This document shows, one piece after another, positions 63,893 through 64,000 of a stretch of DNA of 64,000 nt. Each line of letters begins with the position of its first letter. Position 1 is the first letter of the stretch. Source of the DNA: Betaproteobacteria bacterium (lineage in GTDB: Bacteria > Pseudomonadota > Gammaproteobacteria > Burkholderiales > SG8-39); NCBI GenBank assembly GCA_029883975.1, contig JAOUIL010000007.1:1627-65626 (forward strand). The letters are read 5' to 3'. A model generated the notes under the pieces. It was not told where the DNA came from, did not search any database, and saw nothing but the letters and a program-made list of their open reading frames with translations. Made by a program: the position numbers and the translations under genes.

Positions 63893-64000
63893 TTGGATTT
63901 CTTTCAGCACCAGGAGCTCGCGCGCCGCAACACGCGCGTGCTGGTGCTGCTGTATGCCCTGGCCGTCGCGGCGGTGGTCGCGGCGGTCACCGCCGTCCTC
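63893..64000 (+). CDS. M48-family (HtpX-like) metallopeptidase, N-terminal fragment (runs off the window end)
   Basis: TTG 63893 gives (M)DFFQHQELARRNTRVLVLLYALAVAAVVAAV..., the usual N-terminus of the peptidase encoded next to lemA. It is truncated by the window end. Confidence 0.45.
   Translation, partial: MDFFQHQELARRNTRVLVLLYALAVAAVVAAVTAVL

Overview
This is a very GC-rich, extremely gene-dense bacterial chromosomal segment. By eye it is roughly two-thirds G+C, and third codon positions are almost all G/C. I support about 62 protein-coding genes. I recognised no rRNA, tRNA, CRISPR array, transposase, integrase or phage gene. The gene content (Bug/TTT solute receptors, Liv-type ABC systems, LysR regulators, aromatic and organic-acid catabolic enzymes) looks like a Burkholderiales-type betaproteobacterium; that is inference only. 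All calls come from reading the supplied translations and the DNA, and no database search was run. Because of the GC content the ORF track is full of long shadow ORFs (antisense or alternative frame), which I rejected. Several real genes also carry spurious N-terminal extensions in the track, which I trimmed using start codons, ribosome-binding sites (RBS) and 4-nt stop/start overlaps.

Main points:
1. 4.2-12.9 kb holds a complete but rearranged six-gene ebo cluster (eboF | eboA eboB ... eboD eboE eboC). This widely conserved pathway has an unknown product. Here it is split by a three-gene insert: a periplasmic PQQ sugar dehydrogenase, a c-type cytochrome, and a small membrane protein wedged in antisense with no intergenic DNA on either side.
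2. 21075..21305 (minus strand) is an unlisted SelW/Rdx-like gene with an in-frame TGA in a CxxU motif and a SECIS-like hairpin just downstream, making it a candidate selenoprotein.
3. Several orphan catabolic operons have unusual architectures. These include a LivM-LivG-LivF triple-fusion ABC protein, a TctA-TctB fusion, a TcuA-like flavoprotein with a TTT transporter and a PrpD-family protein but no TcuB, a four-gene tightly coupled ring-cleavage-like operon, and an SDR gene with a 1-nt frameshift 20 nt before its expected stop.
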